64,000 bases of DNA from Octopus sinensis (Eukaryota). Position 1 is the first letter of the stretch. Every line of letters starts with the position of its first letter. The stretch lies in NCBI RefSeq assembly GCF_006345805.1, contig NC_043012.1, forward strand, positions 24,552,001-24,616,000, in the 5' to 3' direction. The notes below the pieces were generated by a model. It ran no database searches. It saw nothing but the letters and a program-made list of their open reading frames with translations, and was not told where the DNA came from. Below are positions 13,108 to 26,945 of this stretch, one piece after another. The position numbers were made by a program, and so were the translations under genes.

Positions 13108-15172
13108 GTAAGCAGCTTAGAAAGCGTGTTAATGTTGCTGTGATGTCTTCAACCAGAGCTGCATCAATGCACAACTATTATATACTGGGAAGGCATAGCT
13201 CAAGCTATTTCTGTAGCTACTAAACTACTATTACTTTACAAAGTCTAGGCAATTATTTTTAGCCTACAAAAGGATTTATATCTATGTCTATGACATGGAC
13301 AATTTTACTGACTATCTGTCTATCTATATAGGTATATGTGTTGTTCTTCTTCTTGCTAATGTTGTTGTTGTTGTTCTGGTTGTTTGTGGTGGTTTTCGTT
13401 CTTATCCCATTTAAGATATTAGATTATCTTGTAATGTGTGTGTAATTCAGCAATATATATTGCAGTATATCACTTAATGGCGTAGCTGTACCGAACTGCA
13501 GTGTGTGTGTGTGTGTGTGTGTGCATGTCTGTGTGCATGTGCATACGTGCATATGTCAAGTAATGTGTATGTGTGAGTTCTATTTTGAAATCTTGCTCTG
13601 TTTGCTAGATAAAACTGCTGTGAATGTGGTCATAACTTGTTTTCCAAACATGTGTATATGCATATACATACATACAAACACACACACACACACATACATA
13701 CATATGTATACATACATACATACATATGTATACATACATGTGTGTGTATATACATACACACACACACACACACTCATACACTTTACAGAACCTTGAAAGT
13801 ATAACCATCCCTGCTACAAAACTGCTGAAAGAAACCTCAAGTCTGCAAAACTGCTCTATAATGGCCTCTCAGATATTTCTCGATGCTTTTGTTTTGCCCT
13901 TAATGGTATGACCCTTTCATGCTAATAGCTTTAAATGGGCTCACTGGCATTTAATGTGCTGCTTTTTGGGCTTGATTCCACTCCCTCTGGGAGATTCTTC
14001 TTCTTTTTTTTCTTTTTCTTCCTTCATGAAATATTTGCAGTCGGAGAAGGAGATGGTAAAAATGGAGAAGAAAGAAATAAGAAATAATAGAAAAAAAAAA
14101 ACTACCCAAACAAAAGTATTACCAAAAGAAAAAAAAAGTAAGAAAGAGAAGTTGGTGTTTCTAAGTGATGTCAAGAGATATAAAATTTAGTATAGCAGTG
14201 ATGTCACCCTTGTAACAAAAACACAATCATTACAGCTTCAAAAAACATGCTTACTAACTTGCTTCTCTATGTACTTACTCTCCAACTGTTATCTATTCAA
14301 TTTATAGCAAGTGTATAAAGAAGATTCACTGATCTCTGCTTCTTGTTCTGATATGAGTTGTTACTTTATTTCTTGGTCTCTATTTGAATCATTTCATCAT
14401 CTAAGTCATTATAATTTATTGTACCTCTTTATCACTTTTTGTTTTGTTGTTTGTTTTTTTTTTGTTTTTGTTGTAGTTTTTCATTTCAAAATTTTATTTT
14501 TTTCATTTTGTAATTTATTTATTTATTTATTTTTTTCCTTTATGAATCTGTCTCATCAAAGCAGAGCTTAGATATTTCAAATGATAACAATAAATCCTAA
14601 TGATGATATTAATAGTAATGTTCATTCATGTTAATTACTCCACCCCCCACCCACACTCCATCCTGCCAACAAAACAAAAGAAACCCCCAAAAAAGAAAAC
14701 AGTAATTTCATTTCAAATTTAGAAACAGAAAAAATTGCCCAAATATTTTCTCTCTGTTATTGTTAGTTTATCACTTAAAAAATATAAAAAATGAATAAAT
14801 GATAACAACAAAAGCAACAAAAACTATCTGTTGATCTTTAATTAAACTGATTTAAAATAATAATGATAATAATAAGAAGGGATAAATGATTGATTGCCAA
14901 CTATTTCCATATATAGGTATAACATTGAGTAGATGTATATATGTGTGTGTGTGTGTGTGTAATATTTAGTACTTCAAGATCCACAGTATCTTGTCATTAT
15001 ATCAAGGCCTCTGTATGTGTGTATGTGTGGAGGGGGTAACTTCTTTTTGTTCTTCTTCTTCCCTGGAACTAGTTGCCAAACTTTCCAACTAGGTTTCAAC
15101 TTTATTTTTCAACAATTTTTAGTTTCAACCATGCAGTGTTATTCCCTTCTCCAGAGTTGATTTTTATCAACA

Positions 15173-15235
<63 letters not shown>

Positions 15236-15938
15236 CAACAACACACTTTTATCCTGACCATTATGTCGTTTGACAGCTTGTAACAATGCAGTTCATTCGG
15301 CTACCTGCAATTCCATAGTTTTGACAATCTTTTATCAAACAAAAAGCCTAAATCTCATCACTTTATGCTCTTTGACCTTGGACCAGTCCATTCTCACTTT
15401 CAGTTTAAAAATATCATTACTATTATGTCTTCTAAATCAACTCTGGTCTCGTTCTCTCAATAAATCTATAAGATCTTCTTACACGATCTTCTCCCTCTGC
15501 AACAGAGCTGCTGCTGCTGCTGCTGCTGCTGCTGCCTTTATCCATGCTCAAATCTTGCCATCGAAACTACTTCATTCACTTCAAGTATTTGGCTGCTCTT
15601 AAAAGAGACAATATGTTTTCGATATTCACCTTAATCCCACCCACCCACCCCACCACCGTTTTCTCTTATCACCACCAAAACTATTCATTTTAACCTACTT
15701 TTAACCTATCCAAACACTTATTCTATATATTATGTAGTTTCTTATTTATTTTTTTTCATTTTCATTCATTCATTCATTCATTCAGAAATTCTTTTGAATT
15801 ATCCTTAAAAATCCTTTGGGAACGAAGATGTGTTATACACTTATTCACCCCCTCCACACACACACACACACACACACACACTTAATCACAATAGTCTTTT
15901 GACCTGAGAAATACTCTCCATATCACTTGCACATAATA

Positions 15939-15993
<55 letters not shown>

Positions 15994-18900
15994 GCAGCAA
16001 ATGTTGGATTCTACTTTCAAACAAACTAATTAACTATTTCACATTCCAGATGATTACATTATTGTAATAAAAATGAAAAATAAATAGATAAATAAAATGA
16101 AGAGAAGAAAAAAAATTAAAGAATCAAAATGCGCAAAAGCACAAAAATCAAAAGTATGCAAAATTATTGCAAACAATGAATATTTGTTGACTGCAGAAAG
16201 AAAGTGACAATAAGAACTATTGTTATTTGAAATATATCTGTTTTGATGAAGTTGGAATTTCTGCTGCTTCTTCTATTTTTCATTTCTTTTCTGTTCATAT
16301 TTTATCCTCGTCATCATCGTTTTCTTCCCAAATATTATTAACTGTAGTTCTTTTTTTTTTTTGTTTTGTTTCTCTCTCGCTTTTTTTTTCTTCTTCTTCT
16401 TATATAAGCAATAATAACATAAGTATGGAATTTATATTCATAAGAAAACTCTAATGTTAATTATAATTCAACAGGATTTTTTTTAAATATTTGTTTTGTT
16501 TTTAATGTCTGCAGTTTTATTTTTGTTCAATAATCATTCCAGAATTTATTGTTTTCTGGTTTATTTTTCCTTGTCCTTCCTCTTTTACAAAGTTTTTTTT
16601 TTTATTTTTAATTTCTAAAATCTCTTAGCCTTTCAAGAATAATACATCCTATTTTATTCCTGGAATTTCTTTAAATTTAACTGAGAGTGAAAATATTAAC
16701 AAATAAGAAAAAAAAGAACAAACCCAATTGCTATCTATATTTTCTTATCATCTTCCTTTTTTTAATTTTTAATTTGAATTTTCAAATAGCTATGAACTTT
16801 GTTCATTCTTCCAAAAATCTTCATTTTTCTCCATCTGCAGAATCCTTTTTAACAAGTCTTGATTAATTTTCCGTTCTTTTTAGTTGACCGACTTATAAAA
16901 TTAAAATCTAGTAAATAAACATTGTGGTTTCTTATAAAAACGAAGAGTTTCCTTTTTGTATTTATTTCTTTTTTAAACTTGATTTCTGTTATATTTCTTC
17001 TGTTTTGCACCTTTGTTTCTTATTAATTTAGTTTGTCCTGATAAACCAAGATTTATAGGCTCAGTTGTGATCTAAATACCCTTTACTTTCACTTTCACTT
17101 TCACCTTTCTTTCTTTCTTTCTTTCTTTCCATATTTCCAAAGTGAATTACATGGTAAATTAGAACAACAATCAGTCCTGTTATTTACGGTTCTTGTGTCT
17201 TTCACTTTCTGTGATTAAAAATACACAAATGGCTTCTAGGGCTTCTGAAATAGAAGCTCCTTGATAAGAAGAAGGAGACTTGAAATGGCCAAGCTAATTG
17301 AATAAACTCTTCTCCTCCACTCCTTCAGACTGGGTGGATCATGTCTGCTTGGCAATTGATTCCCATTGAGAAGTGGACAAATATATTGGATCTTGAGTTT
17401 TTCCTTCTTTGTTGTTTGTTTTGATTCTTGTCCTGATGAAACATTCTCCTTCCACATTGTTCACTGCTTAGCTTAAACAGCAGCTCTCTGCAGCCAGCTT
17501 CTCTGCTTGCTGCCTTTTCCAGTTTGTGAGAGAAACCTCATTTTCTTAATGTTGAAGATAAGGTGTTCATTAGCTTTTTTTTTGTTTTTTTGTTTAGCAT
17601 TCAAGTTAAGTCATTCATCAATACATAATTTCAATTGTGTGTGTGTGCGTGTGTGTATTTCGATGTCGACTGTTCATTAAAAATTATTTTCAAAGTTTCT
17701 GGACTCTTTAGTGATTTTTCCTTATTGTGCTTTATCATTATTATTATTATTAAACATCCATTACTCTCTTGTACAGTTGGAATACATGGCTGTTAAATAA
17801 TTGTTCTATTTTCCCAAATTGGTCTTAACTCTGCTGTTTCATTTTTTTTACATGTGTTTGCTCTGTCTCTTTACGAACTGTTTCCAACTGTTTTATTTCA
17901 ATTTACTTAATCATTTTAATTTGTCCCATTTCCTATGCAATAAACCAATGCTGCTCTGTATTTTTAGAAAATTCTATCAAAAACAAGTAACTATCATCTA
18001 TAATAATTATTTCAATAAAGGAGAAAAATATGTTCTTTTTTTTTCCTTTTTAAACCTCTTTCAATTGCAGTTTTATGTTCCATTCTTTCGCAATTCTTCT
18101 ATTAAAACTCATTATTCTTCAGTTGGTCTTGACTCTTGGATTCAAAATAGAATTTCAGATTGACTTGATGTTTGCCGTTACATTTCTTGAAAAATATATT
18201 ATTGTGGATGTTGGAAAAGTCCTTCTTCCATCTCCCAATATCTTTATTTTGGGAATTATTTTAGTTGAGATCTAGCTTTAATTGTTTGCTAATTAGTTTG
18301 AAAATATTTCACCAGTGTTTGAGTCATTACTCTCTGTCAAAACAGTCATGAGGTTAAAAAATATTATTCCATTGCATTACAAGCAACAACTTTTACCTTC
18401 CTTGATGTGCCATTTATTTTTTCATCTTATTTTAAATCTGATTTTGTTGACACTTTTGTTTTCAAACTTGTAAAGTTTACATTTTATTTCGCTATTCTCA
18501 TAATTGGTCTTTCTTTAATGAAGCTTTCTTTTGATTAGAATAATGTAACCGAAGTTTAAAATCGGGGAAATTTCAAATAAGATATTTAGATAGTAAAAGT
18601 TCCATTGTTAAAGAAAAATGTGAATCAATTTAACTTTTTGGAACCTAGCAATGCCAATCGAACTTTATTTCTTACGAGACAATTTCGTTTTTGTTGTTTT
18701 TTTTTGTCTCTCTCTTATTATTTTGTCTTTTTGTTTAATATCTTGTTTGTCTTAATGAATTGTTTTTTTGGCATGTTTTTATACTTCAATCATGGCTTAG
18801 AGAACATTGTTACCGCTCCATTTTGGCCTCAGATACACAGTTTGTCTATTGAAAATTATTAGTTTTATAAACTAGATTGGAGCTCGTCCAGATTTGTGCT

Positions 18901-19462
18901 GATATGTTGCTAATTAATAAGAATGTCTTTTGAAAGATCTAATAAAAAGAAAGAAATGTATCTGCCTCTTTGGAGGAAATTAACATAAACAATTCTTGGC
19001 AGAGAAAAGTAGATCACTCAGTTTAGTCAGTCAGTCAGTAAATGAATAAAATGATTTATCTGTTAGTCTCTTAATGATAGATAGATAGTCAGTCCTCATT
19101 ATTTTGGGGTTACTCGCTACAGAAATTCACTCGTTTGTTTTATTTATTTAGTTATATATTTTTGTTTATGTTTTTCATTTCAATCAGTATTCTTATTGTT
19201 TACAAGAAATTGTTTCAGTAAGCATCAGTCATTTGCAGAAGTTATTAATGTTAATCTTTTGGTTGCTTGCATTCTTTTCTGCATTTTTATTATAATTAGT
19301 TTTTGTTTTCCCCCCTGAGACCGGCAAAGTAAAAATGAAATCTCCCGACCGACCCATATTGCTGCCCTGCTGCTGCTCGGACTTTTTCTTTCTTGACCAA
19401 AAACAAAACATAAGCAAAATCTAATAAGAAATTCTTCTGTTTTTCTGTTTTTTTATATACAA

Positions 19463-19500
<38 letters not shown>

Positions 19501-19767
19501 ATGGTTCTTGTCATGAAGAATCTCACATGAGAGCCACAGCTATAATAAAAGTAGTTTTTTTTTAAAAACTGTAAGACAGTTGTCTGTTTTTTCATGTTTA
19601 CATTTTTTAAATTATATCAGTTTTGTGATCTGTAATGAATGATCACTTGGCAAACTATTATTCTCTTATTGTACTCTGTGTGTGTGTGTGTGTGTGCGCG
19701 CGCACACGTGTGGTGTGTGTGTGTGTTCTTTTAGAAATTGATATCTCATTTGTATGTTTTTCTCCAG

Positions 19768-19791
19768 AAGTTCAAGCAATCCTTTCAGAAG
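19768..19791 (+). CDS. Candidate 24-nt symmetric microexon (KFKQSFQK)
   Basis: Acceptor tttgtatgtttttctccag (CAGAAG tandem) and donor AAG|gtaaca. Three ACTAAT motifs lie within 170 nt downstream. Confidence 0.5.
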
Positions 19792-20371
19792 GTAACATCA
19801 TTTCTCTATCACAGCTTCTCTACTAATATATGGCTGATGTTGTTTATGATGGATTTTCTTAATTAATAATACAGAATAATTAACTTCTTTCTCTTCTTAT
19901 ATTTCGTTGGTTGTAATTAACGTAATATCTACTCACACTAATGATATTAATAACTAATAGGTCTAACATTGCTTGCAGTTTTAGAGAATAATTAAAAATT
20001 ATAGTAAATGAAATGTTTGATTTAAAACTGATGGCCAGGTATTAATGGACTTTCACCCTTTTCCATGGATGTTTATTTGAATCATGAAGCGACTAAAATT
20101 TCTTTGCTTGTCTCAATCTAACAATCTTGTATTTAATAATATTTATCTGAATGCGTGTGTGTGTGTGTAGGTAACCAGGGTTCTTCTTTGGAATGGTTCT
20201 CTGTGATAAAAACAATGACATTTCTTCGTTTAATGATATTTATGTCTGTGGAATATTCAGCCACTTGTCTGAATATAAAACTAAACAATTTGTCGTTGTT
20301 TTTGCTTCAACAATCACTTTTACCTTTTCTGTTTTTTTAAGTGAATGGTGGCAATCATCAACTAACTCTTA

Positions 20372-20796
20372 AGTGCAGGCATGGCTGTGTGGTTAAGAAG
20401 CTTGCTTTGCATCCATGTTGTTTTGGGTTCAATCCCACTGCATGGTACCTTGGGCAAGTGTCTTCTACTATAGACCCAGGCCAACCAATGCCTTGTGAGT
20501 GGATTTGGTAGACAGAAACTGTGTGGAAGACCATCATATATGTGTGTGTGTGTGTGTGTGAACATGTATAAGTATGTTCATATGTGTGTATGTGTTACTG
20601 TGTTTGTTCATCATAACTGCTTGACAACCAGTATTGGTTTGTTTACATCCTTGTAGCTTAGCAATTTGGTAAAAAAAAAAAGAAAAGACTCATAGAATAA
20701 ATACCAGACTTTAGAAATAAGTCCTGGGGTTGATTTGATTAATTAAACCCTCTAAGGCAGTGCTCCAGCCTGGCCACAGTCCAAGTAAAAGATAAA
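20372..20796 (+). mobile_element. CORE-type SINE copy
   Basis: gcaggcatggctgtgtggttaagaagc...ttgggcaagtgtcttc...ccagcctggccacagtc, homologous to 41645-42057. Confidence 0.85.
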
Positions 20797-21759
20797 CATA
20801 TCAAATTAAAAGAGCTCTGAAGCAAGTATGATACAGTATTTTGTTTCATATCCTTTGTGTTCTAAGTTCATATGGAACTAGAGCTGATCCTCCACCCTCA
20901 ACCATTAAGTCAATTCACCCAACTACCCCCAACAAAACTGTGGCCTTATGCTAATGGGAAAATTCAATATTGTCATCAATATCTTCCATGTTGGCATGGA
21001 TTGGTCAGTTTGATAGGGTCTAATGGGTTCAAGGAGAGCCTTGTGCTCCAATTTCTGCTTTGCTATGGATTCCATGGCCGGATGCCCATCCTAATACCAA
21101 TATATATATATGTGCTGGATAGGATTGGTGTAGAAAGTTTAACCCTTCATTTACATAACTGTTGGAAAGGCATGAACATCACAGAATCACATTTTGCCTG
21201 CCATGTGAACTTGTGGCTTTCATTACATATCCCTATCTACTGCATATGCAACTGTAGCATGGAATGCCAGTGACGGTGAAAACCAAGTTCACGACTTCAT
21301 TTCGATTCCTGATTGGAAATCCGTTTCCTTTTTTTTTTTATATATACAATGAATGTCTTTGATAAGGCATGAACATCTTGTCTTCTCCTTTTATTGAAGA
21401 AATCTGACACCTTGTGTTGCCCCTTCAACTGCCCTCTCTCTCTCTTTTACTATTATGAAATCTCTTCCTTACCATTTCCTGTCATTTAATCTACTCTGAG
21501 TGTTTCTACAGATTCTTTTCTCAGGGTCAACATAGGCATTATTTCTTAATCTTTCTTCTATACCCTTCTCTCTCCACCACCACCACCACCACCATCACCA
21601 CCTCCTCTTCGTCGTCGTCCTCCTTCTCCTCCTCCTCCACCACCACCATCATCATGTTTAGATTCCATTATACATTCTCTTTTAGCTATAACACCTCAAT
21701 CAATCTCTCTCTGTCACCTATTGTTATTGATGGCAATGAGGATCCAACTTTCTCTCTCT

Positions 21760-21799
<40 letters not shown>

Positions 21800-21909
21800 T
21801 CTCTCAGTTTAGTCTCATCTTAATTTATTGTAAATGTAATCTTTGTTTATTTACGTGTCAATGGCATAATAGCAAAATAATCCTGCTGACATAAACGTAC
21901 ATACATGTG

Positions 21910-21941
<32 letters not shown>

Positions 21942-22068
21942 CATATTCGTTCATTCATTGTTTACAGTTATGAGAGAAGTATAACAATGGTCTTGAATTT
22001 TTCCCAGTAAATCTGCTTATCACATTGAACAACTGCCCACGTTTTTATTTTGTGTCTGTGTATGTATA

Positions 22069-22107
<39 letters not shown>

Positions 22108-22275
22108 GTAGCATTTCGTGTCAATGCACTTCTCAGTTTGATAAATGCATTGACACAAAACTCTAGGCCCTTGAGTCACTTTAGCACCTTGGCCAATGCA
22201 AAATACAAATACTCTGTCTTGTGTGTCAGGTTCCATTTCTACTATTTACTGTTTGTAAAATCAAATTTGCATATC

Positions 22276-22327
<52 letters not shown>

Positions 22328-23449
22328 GCTAGATAGATAGATATGCATTCATAATTATGTATTTTCTGTGTGTGTATGTATATATATATAGATTTTGAAA
22401 GTATGTTGCTTATGTTAATATATAATCTAATGGACAGAATATGTCTGTGAGTTTTATTTTCTTTCTTCCTAGTTATTACAGAAATCTAATTATTTTTACC
22501 TTTAGTTATTCCTTAAAAACAGAAAAAAGAATTATAATATTTAATAAATTATCTTTACACAATAAGCAACTAAGTATGTAAATCAATTAAAATCCTGCTT
22601 TTTTTCCTTTCCTTTTCTTTTTTTTTTTTAAGTACATACTAAGAAAAAAATGTGTAAGTAAGTGAATGACCTTTGTATAAATGTGCAAGCACATGTGTGT
22701 GTTTGTATGCTTATAAATAAATAATATATATATATGTAATGTGTATATATATGTGAGTGTTTGTCTGTGTGTGTATGTGCGCGTGCATATTTATATATAT
22801 ATATATATATTATATATATATATATATATATACATATATATATTTATATAGACACTTGTGTATTGATAAAATGTCACCTGAATTCCCATTCACAGCATTT
22901 GGTTTGCCCTTAATCAACAGTTATGCTGTACACATAAGTTTCACCAGTTGACGGCAGACCTGAATTTACCATCTCTTGTCAATATCTCCTTAGAACTGAA
23001 GTCTCGGATAATAGAGACACTGCCCCAGTGACTCTCCTATATTGCCATAAGAGAATTAAGATAATGCTTAACAACTCTTACTGACTCACACTGTAAATTG
23101 CCTTATAACCATTTCATAGACTACATCTGAGAAACATAAATTCTGTGATATTTTCCCAAGATTAAGGTAGCCCTTTCTGTTTAAGAACTTACTAATATAT
23201 TCAGTTAATATTCGTCCTTATTTTATTATCTGCTTTTTTGCACCAGCATAAGTTTACCAGTTGTAGTGAGCAATGTTTTTGCACCATTTCTGCTCTTCCC
23301 CTCAACAACCCTTTTAGCTATCTCTTTCTACACAAGTATGTGATCTTCTGCTCAGATACATACTATGAACATTTAATTAATATGAAGAAGTTTTACTTCC
23401 TTTTATTAATATAGATTTGTTATTATTATTATTATTATCATTATTATTA

Positions 23450-23501
<52 letters not shown>

Positions 23502-23533
23502 CATTATTATTATTATTATTCTTACATGCATTG

Positions 23534-23700
23534 AGGTGATGAGCTGACTGAATGGTTAGAGTGGCAGGCAAAAATGCTCAATGCCATTTCTTCCAGCTGC
23601 CTACATTCTCAGTTCAAATCCTGCCATGGTCAACCTTGCTTTTCATCATTTTGGAGTCAATGAAATATGGTACCAGTCAAGTACTGGGATTCAGACCCCC
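23534..23700 (+). mobile_element. Second-family SINE, degenerate
   Basis: aggtgatgagctg...cagttcaaatcctgcc...caaccttgcttttcatcattttggagtc, preceded by an (ATT)n tract. Confidence 0.7.
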
Positions 23701-23709
23701 CTCTACACA

Positions 23710-25330
23710 AACACACACACACACACACATACACTCTTCCTCAAAATTTCTGGTTTTATGCCAAAATTTGAAAAAATTATTCTTCCATGCATTTAGTGGT
23801 TCCATTTGCCATACATGCCCATCATCATGATCATCGTCATTATGGTTGAGCAGCATTAGTGAGCTGTATGCAGCCTTATGCCGAATGTGGCTGCCAGCTA
23901 TTAAGCTGGAATTAAGTAGGACATATGTGCTATAATATAATAATTATATGTTTTATAAAAATGTGCTCACACACACATACACGCACGTATGTGTGTGTGC
24001 ACATGCGCATTCAGAGTTCTTTCATATATTCTATAAACTGTTTTAAAAATTTTATTTGCTATTTGAGATGGAAATATTGCTGTTGTTCAGAAATATAATT
24101 TGGAAGGTAAAATAATTCAAAATTACCTCAATAATTATAACATTTCTTTTGTTAATATAGAATGATTGTGTTATACATGTGTCTCTGTATACATGTGTCT
24201 CTGTATCTGTACATGTGCATGTACAGATACATTACACACACACACACCACACACACACACATACACTCTTCCTCAAAATTTCTGGTTTTATGCCAAAATT
24301 TGAAAAAATTATTCTTCCATGCATTTAGTGGTTCCATTTGCCATACATGCCCATCATCATGATCATCGTCATTATGGTTGAGCAGCATTAGTGAGCTGTA
24401 TGCAGCCTTATGCCGAATGTGGCTGCCAGCTATTAAGCTGGAATTAAGTAGGACATATGTGCTATAATATAATAATTATATGTTTTATAAAAATGTGCTC
24501 ACACACACATACACGCACGTATGTGTGTGTGCACATGCGCATTCAGAGTTCTTTCATATATTCTATAAACTGTTTTAAAAATTTTATTTGCTATTTGAGA
24601 TGGAAATATTGCTGTTGTTCAGAAATATAATTTGGAAGGTAAAATAATTCAAAATTACCTCAATAATTATAACATTTCTTTTGTTAATATAGAATGATTG
24701 TGTTATACATGTGTCTCTGTATACATGTGTCTCTGTATCTGTACATGTGCATGTACAGATACATTACACACACACACACCACACACACACACATACACTC
24801 TTCCTCAAAATTTCTGGTTTTATGCCAAAATTTGAAAAAATTATTCTTCCATGCATTTAGTGGTTCCATTTGCCATACATGCCCATCATCATGATCATCG
24901 TCATTATGGTTGAGCAGCATTAGTGAGCTGTATGCAGCCTTATGCCGAATGTGGCTGCCAGCTATTAAGCTGGAATTAAGTAGGACATATGTGCTATAAT
25001 ATAATAATTATATGTTTTATAAAAATGTGCTCACACACACATACACGCACGTATGTGTGTGTGCACATGCGCATTCAGAGTTCTTTCATATATTTCTATA
25101 AACTGTTTTAAAAATTTTATTTGCTATTTGAGATGGAAATATTGCTGTTGTTCAGAAATATAATTTGGAAGGTAAAATAATTCAAAATTACCTCAATAAT
25201 TATAACATTTCTTTTGTTAATATAGAATGATTGTGTTATACATGTGTCTCTGTATACATGTGTCTCTGTATCTGTACATGTGCATGTACAGATACATTTA
25301 CACACACACACACACACACACACATACATG
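23710..25330. repeat. Near-perfect tandem triplication, 532-bp unit
   Basis: The anchor catacactcttcctcaaaat occurs at 23728, 24260 and 24792. Units are bounded by (CA)n, and the third copy differs by single-base insertions. Confidence 0.95.
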
Positions 25331-25554
25331 TGTGTGTGTGTGTGTATAGTTTTTTTTTTATTATTAAGACTGATGCTGAGATCTTGTCTCATGACTTGAG
25401 TTTCAGGCAAAACTGTTACAACTCAGTGTTTGGTGGTGTAGAATAGATTCCAGAGCAAAACAGTTTTAATAAAAAAAAATGAAAGAAAAATAACCATATC
25501 CTCTGCAACATGTCGAAGATATTGTTTTTCTCATCCATTCACCATTAAGCAATA

Positions 25555-25591
<37 letters not shown>

Positions 25592-26039
25592 ATATAGACA
25601 CATTCACCCACAGCAAACCTTTGATGGAAGGTAGTCTAGTTATGACCTTCCTATTTTTTATTCATATATTGTATATATCCAGGAATACATTATTTATTCA
25701 TTGTCCCCTCTTTTAAATTTGGTGTGACTTGAGGAAGATTTGGCTATTTGTAGAAGCTCAAGTGACCTACAGCTGTCAAGGTTCTGGAAACCTCTTTTGC
25801 TCTTTTGTCTCATTCAAGAGTCCATCATTCTCTCATTTATCTTCACTAGTTTCATATGGTTCTTGATACAAGACTAACGTACATATTGGTAAGCTTGCTT
25901 CGAAGCATTCAAGGTTAGCAACAAGGTTTATGGTTTTATGAGAATTTCTGTTAATTAGTGTCAAAAGTCCATTCACAGGTCATGTGATAATGTGACAACT
26001 GAGACAGGTAAATTTTGTTTTCATATTTATTTTATCTCT

Positions 26040-26403
26040 TATTTGTTTCAGTTATGGTCTGTGGCCATGCTGGGGTACCACTTTGGAAATGTTTTAGTCA
26101 AGTGAATCAACCTCAATACTTATTTGTTTTTAACCCTAACCTTATCAGCCTCTTTAGCCAAACTGCTGAGTTATGGAGACAGAAACACTCCAATATTGGT
26201 TGTCTAGCAGTGTTGGGGGACACAAACACACACACATATATATGACAGACTTCTTTCAGTTTCCACCTACCAAATCCACTTACAATGCTTTGGTCAGTCA
26301 GCCCAAGACTATAGTAAGAGATACTTGCCCAAGGTGCCATGCAGTGGGACTGAACCTGGAACCATTGTGGTTGGGAAGCAAACTTCTTACCACACAGCCA
26401 TAC
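26040..26403 (-). mobile_element. CORE-type SINE copy
   Basis: Reverse-complement match to the same family (acttgcccaaggtgcc...cacacagccat). Confidence 0.8.
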
Positions 26404-26724
26404 TTATTTTTTACCAAAAATTCTGATTTGAAATCTGTTATATTTTTTACATGCTGTTATCTATTCATAGCATGAGTGATTTTAAACCATAGGAATTTTT
26501 TTTGTTTTTTACATTATTTAAAAAAATAATTTAGGTCTAAACTAAAATAAATAGTAATTAAAAATGACACTTGAAAATTTATACAACAAACTAGTTATCT
26601 GCTTAATAAAACTGAAGAAACTAAGGAAGTGAGAAATGTTCTGTGTCGGCAAAAAAGTCACGCAAGTTGTTCTTCAAATGGAGAAATGCATTTTATGCCA
26701 TGAGGGAAAAGAGAGAAATATTAA

Positions 26725-26945
26725 CCCTTTTGTTACTGTATTTATTTTGAGATGCTCTGTGTTTCTTTAAATTACTTTAAATATAACAAAGAATTTAGTA
26801 AAATAACTTGGTTATCATTCAGATAGTGTTAGGAACATAAATTGTGACTAAGGCTTGGTGGAAGATTTTAATTCAGAACTTTTGAAAATAAGACATTTGT
26901 ACTACAGAGCCAGAGCCGGTTTCAGCCGGGTTGGTAACGAAAGGG
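26725..26945. mobile_element. piggyBac-type MITE
   Basis: TTAA on both sides (26721-24, 26946-49). Terminal inverted repeats ccctttTgttact / ggtaacgaaaggg. No ORF. Confidence 0.85.

Noticed and set aside
25979-26007. Another 29-nt AG..GT segment (SCDNVTTET)
   Set aside because: The pyrimidine tract is weak and the phase is incompatible with the flanking candidates. It shows that chance 29-mers occur.
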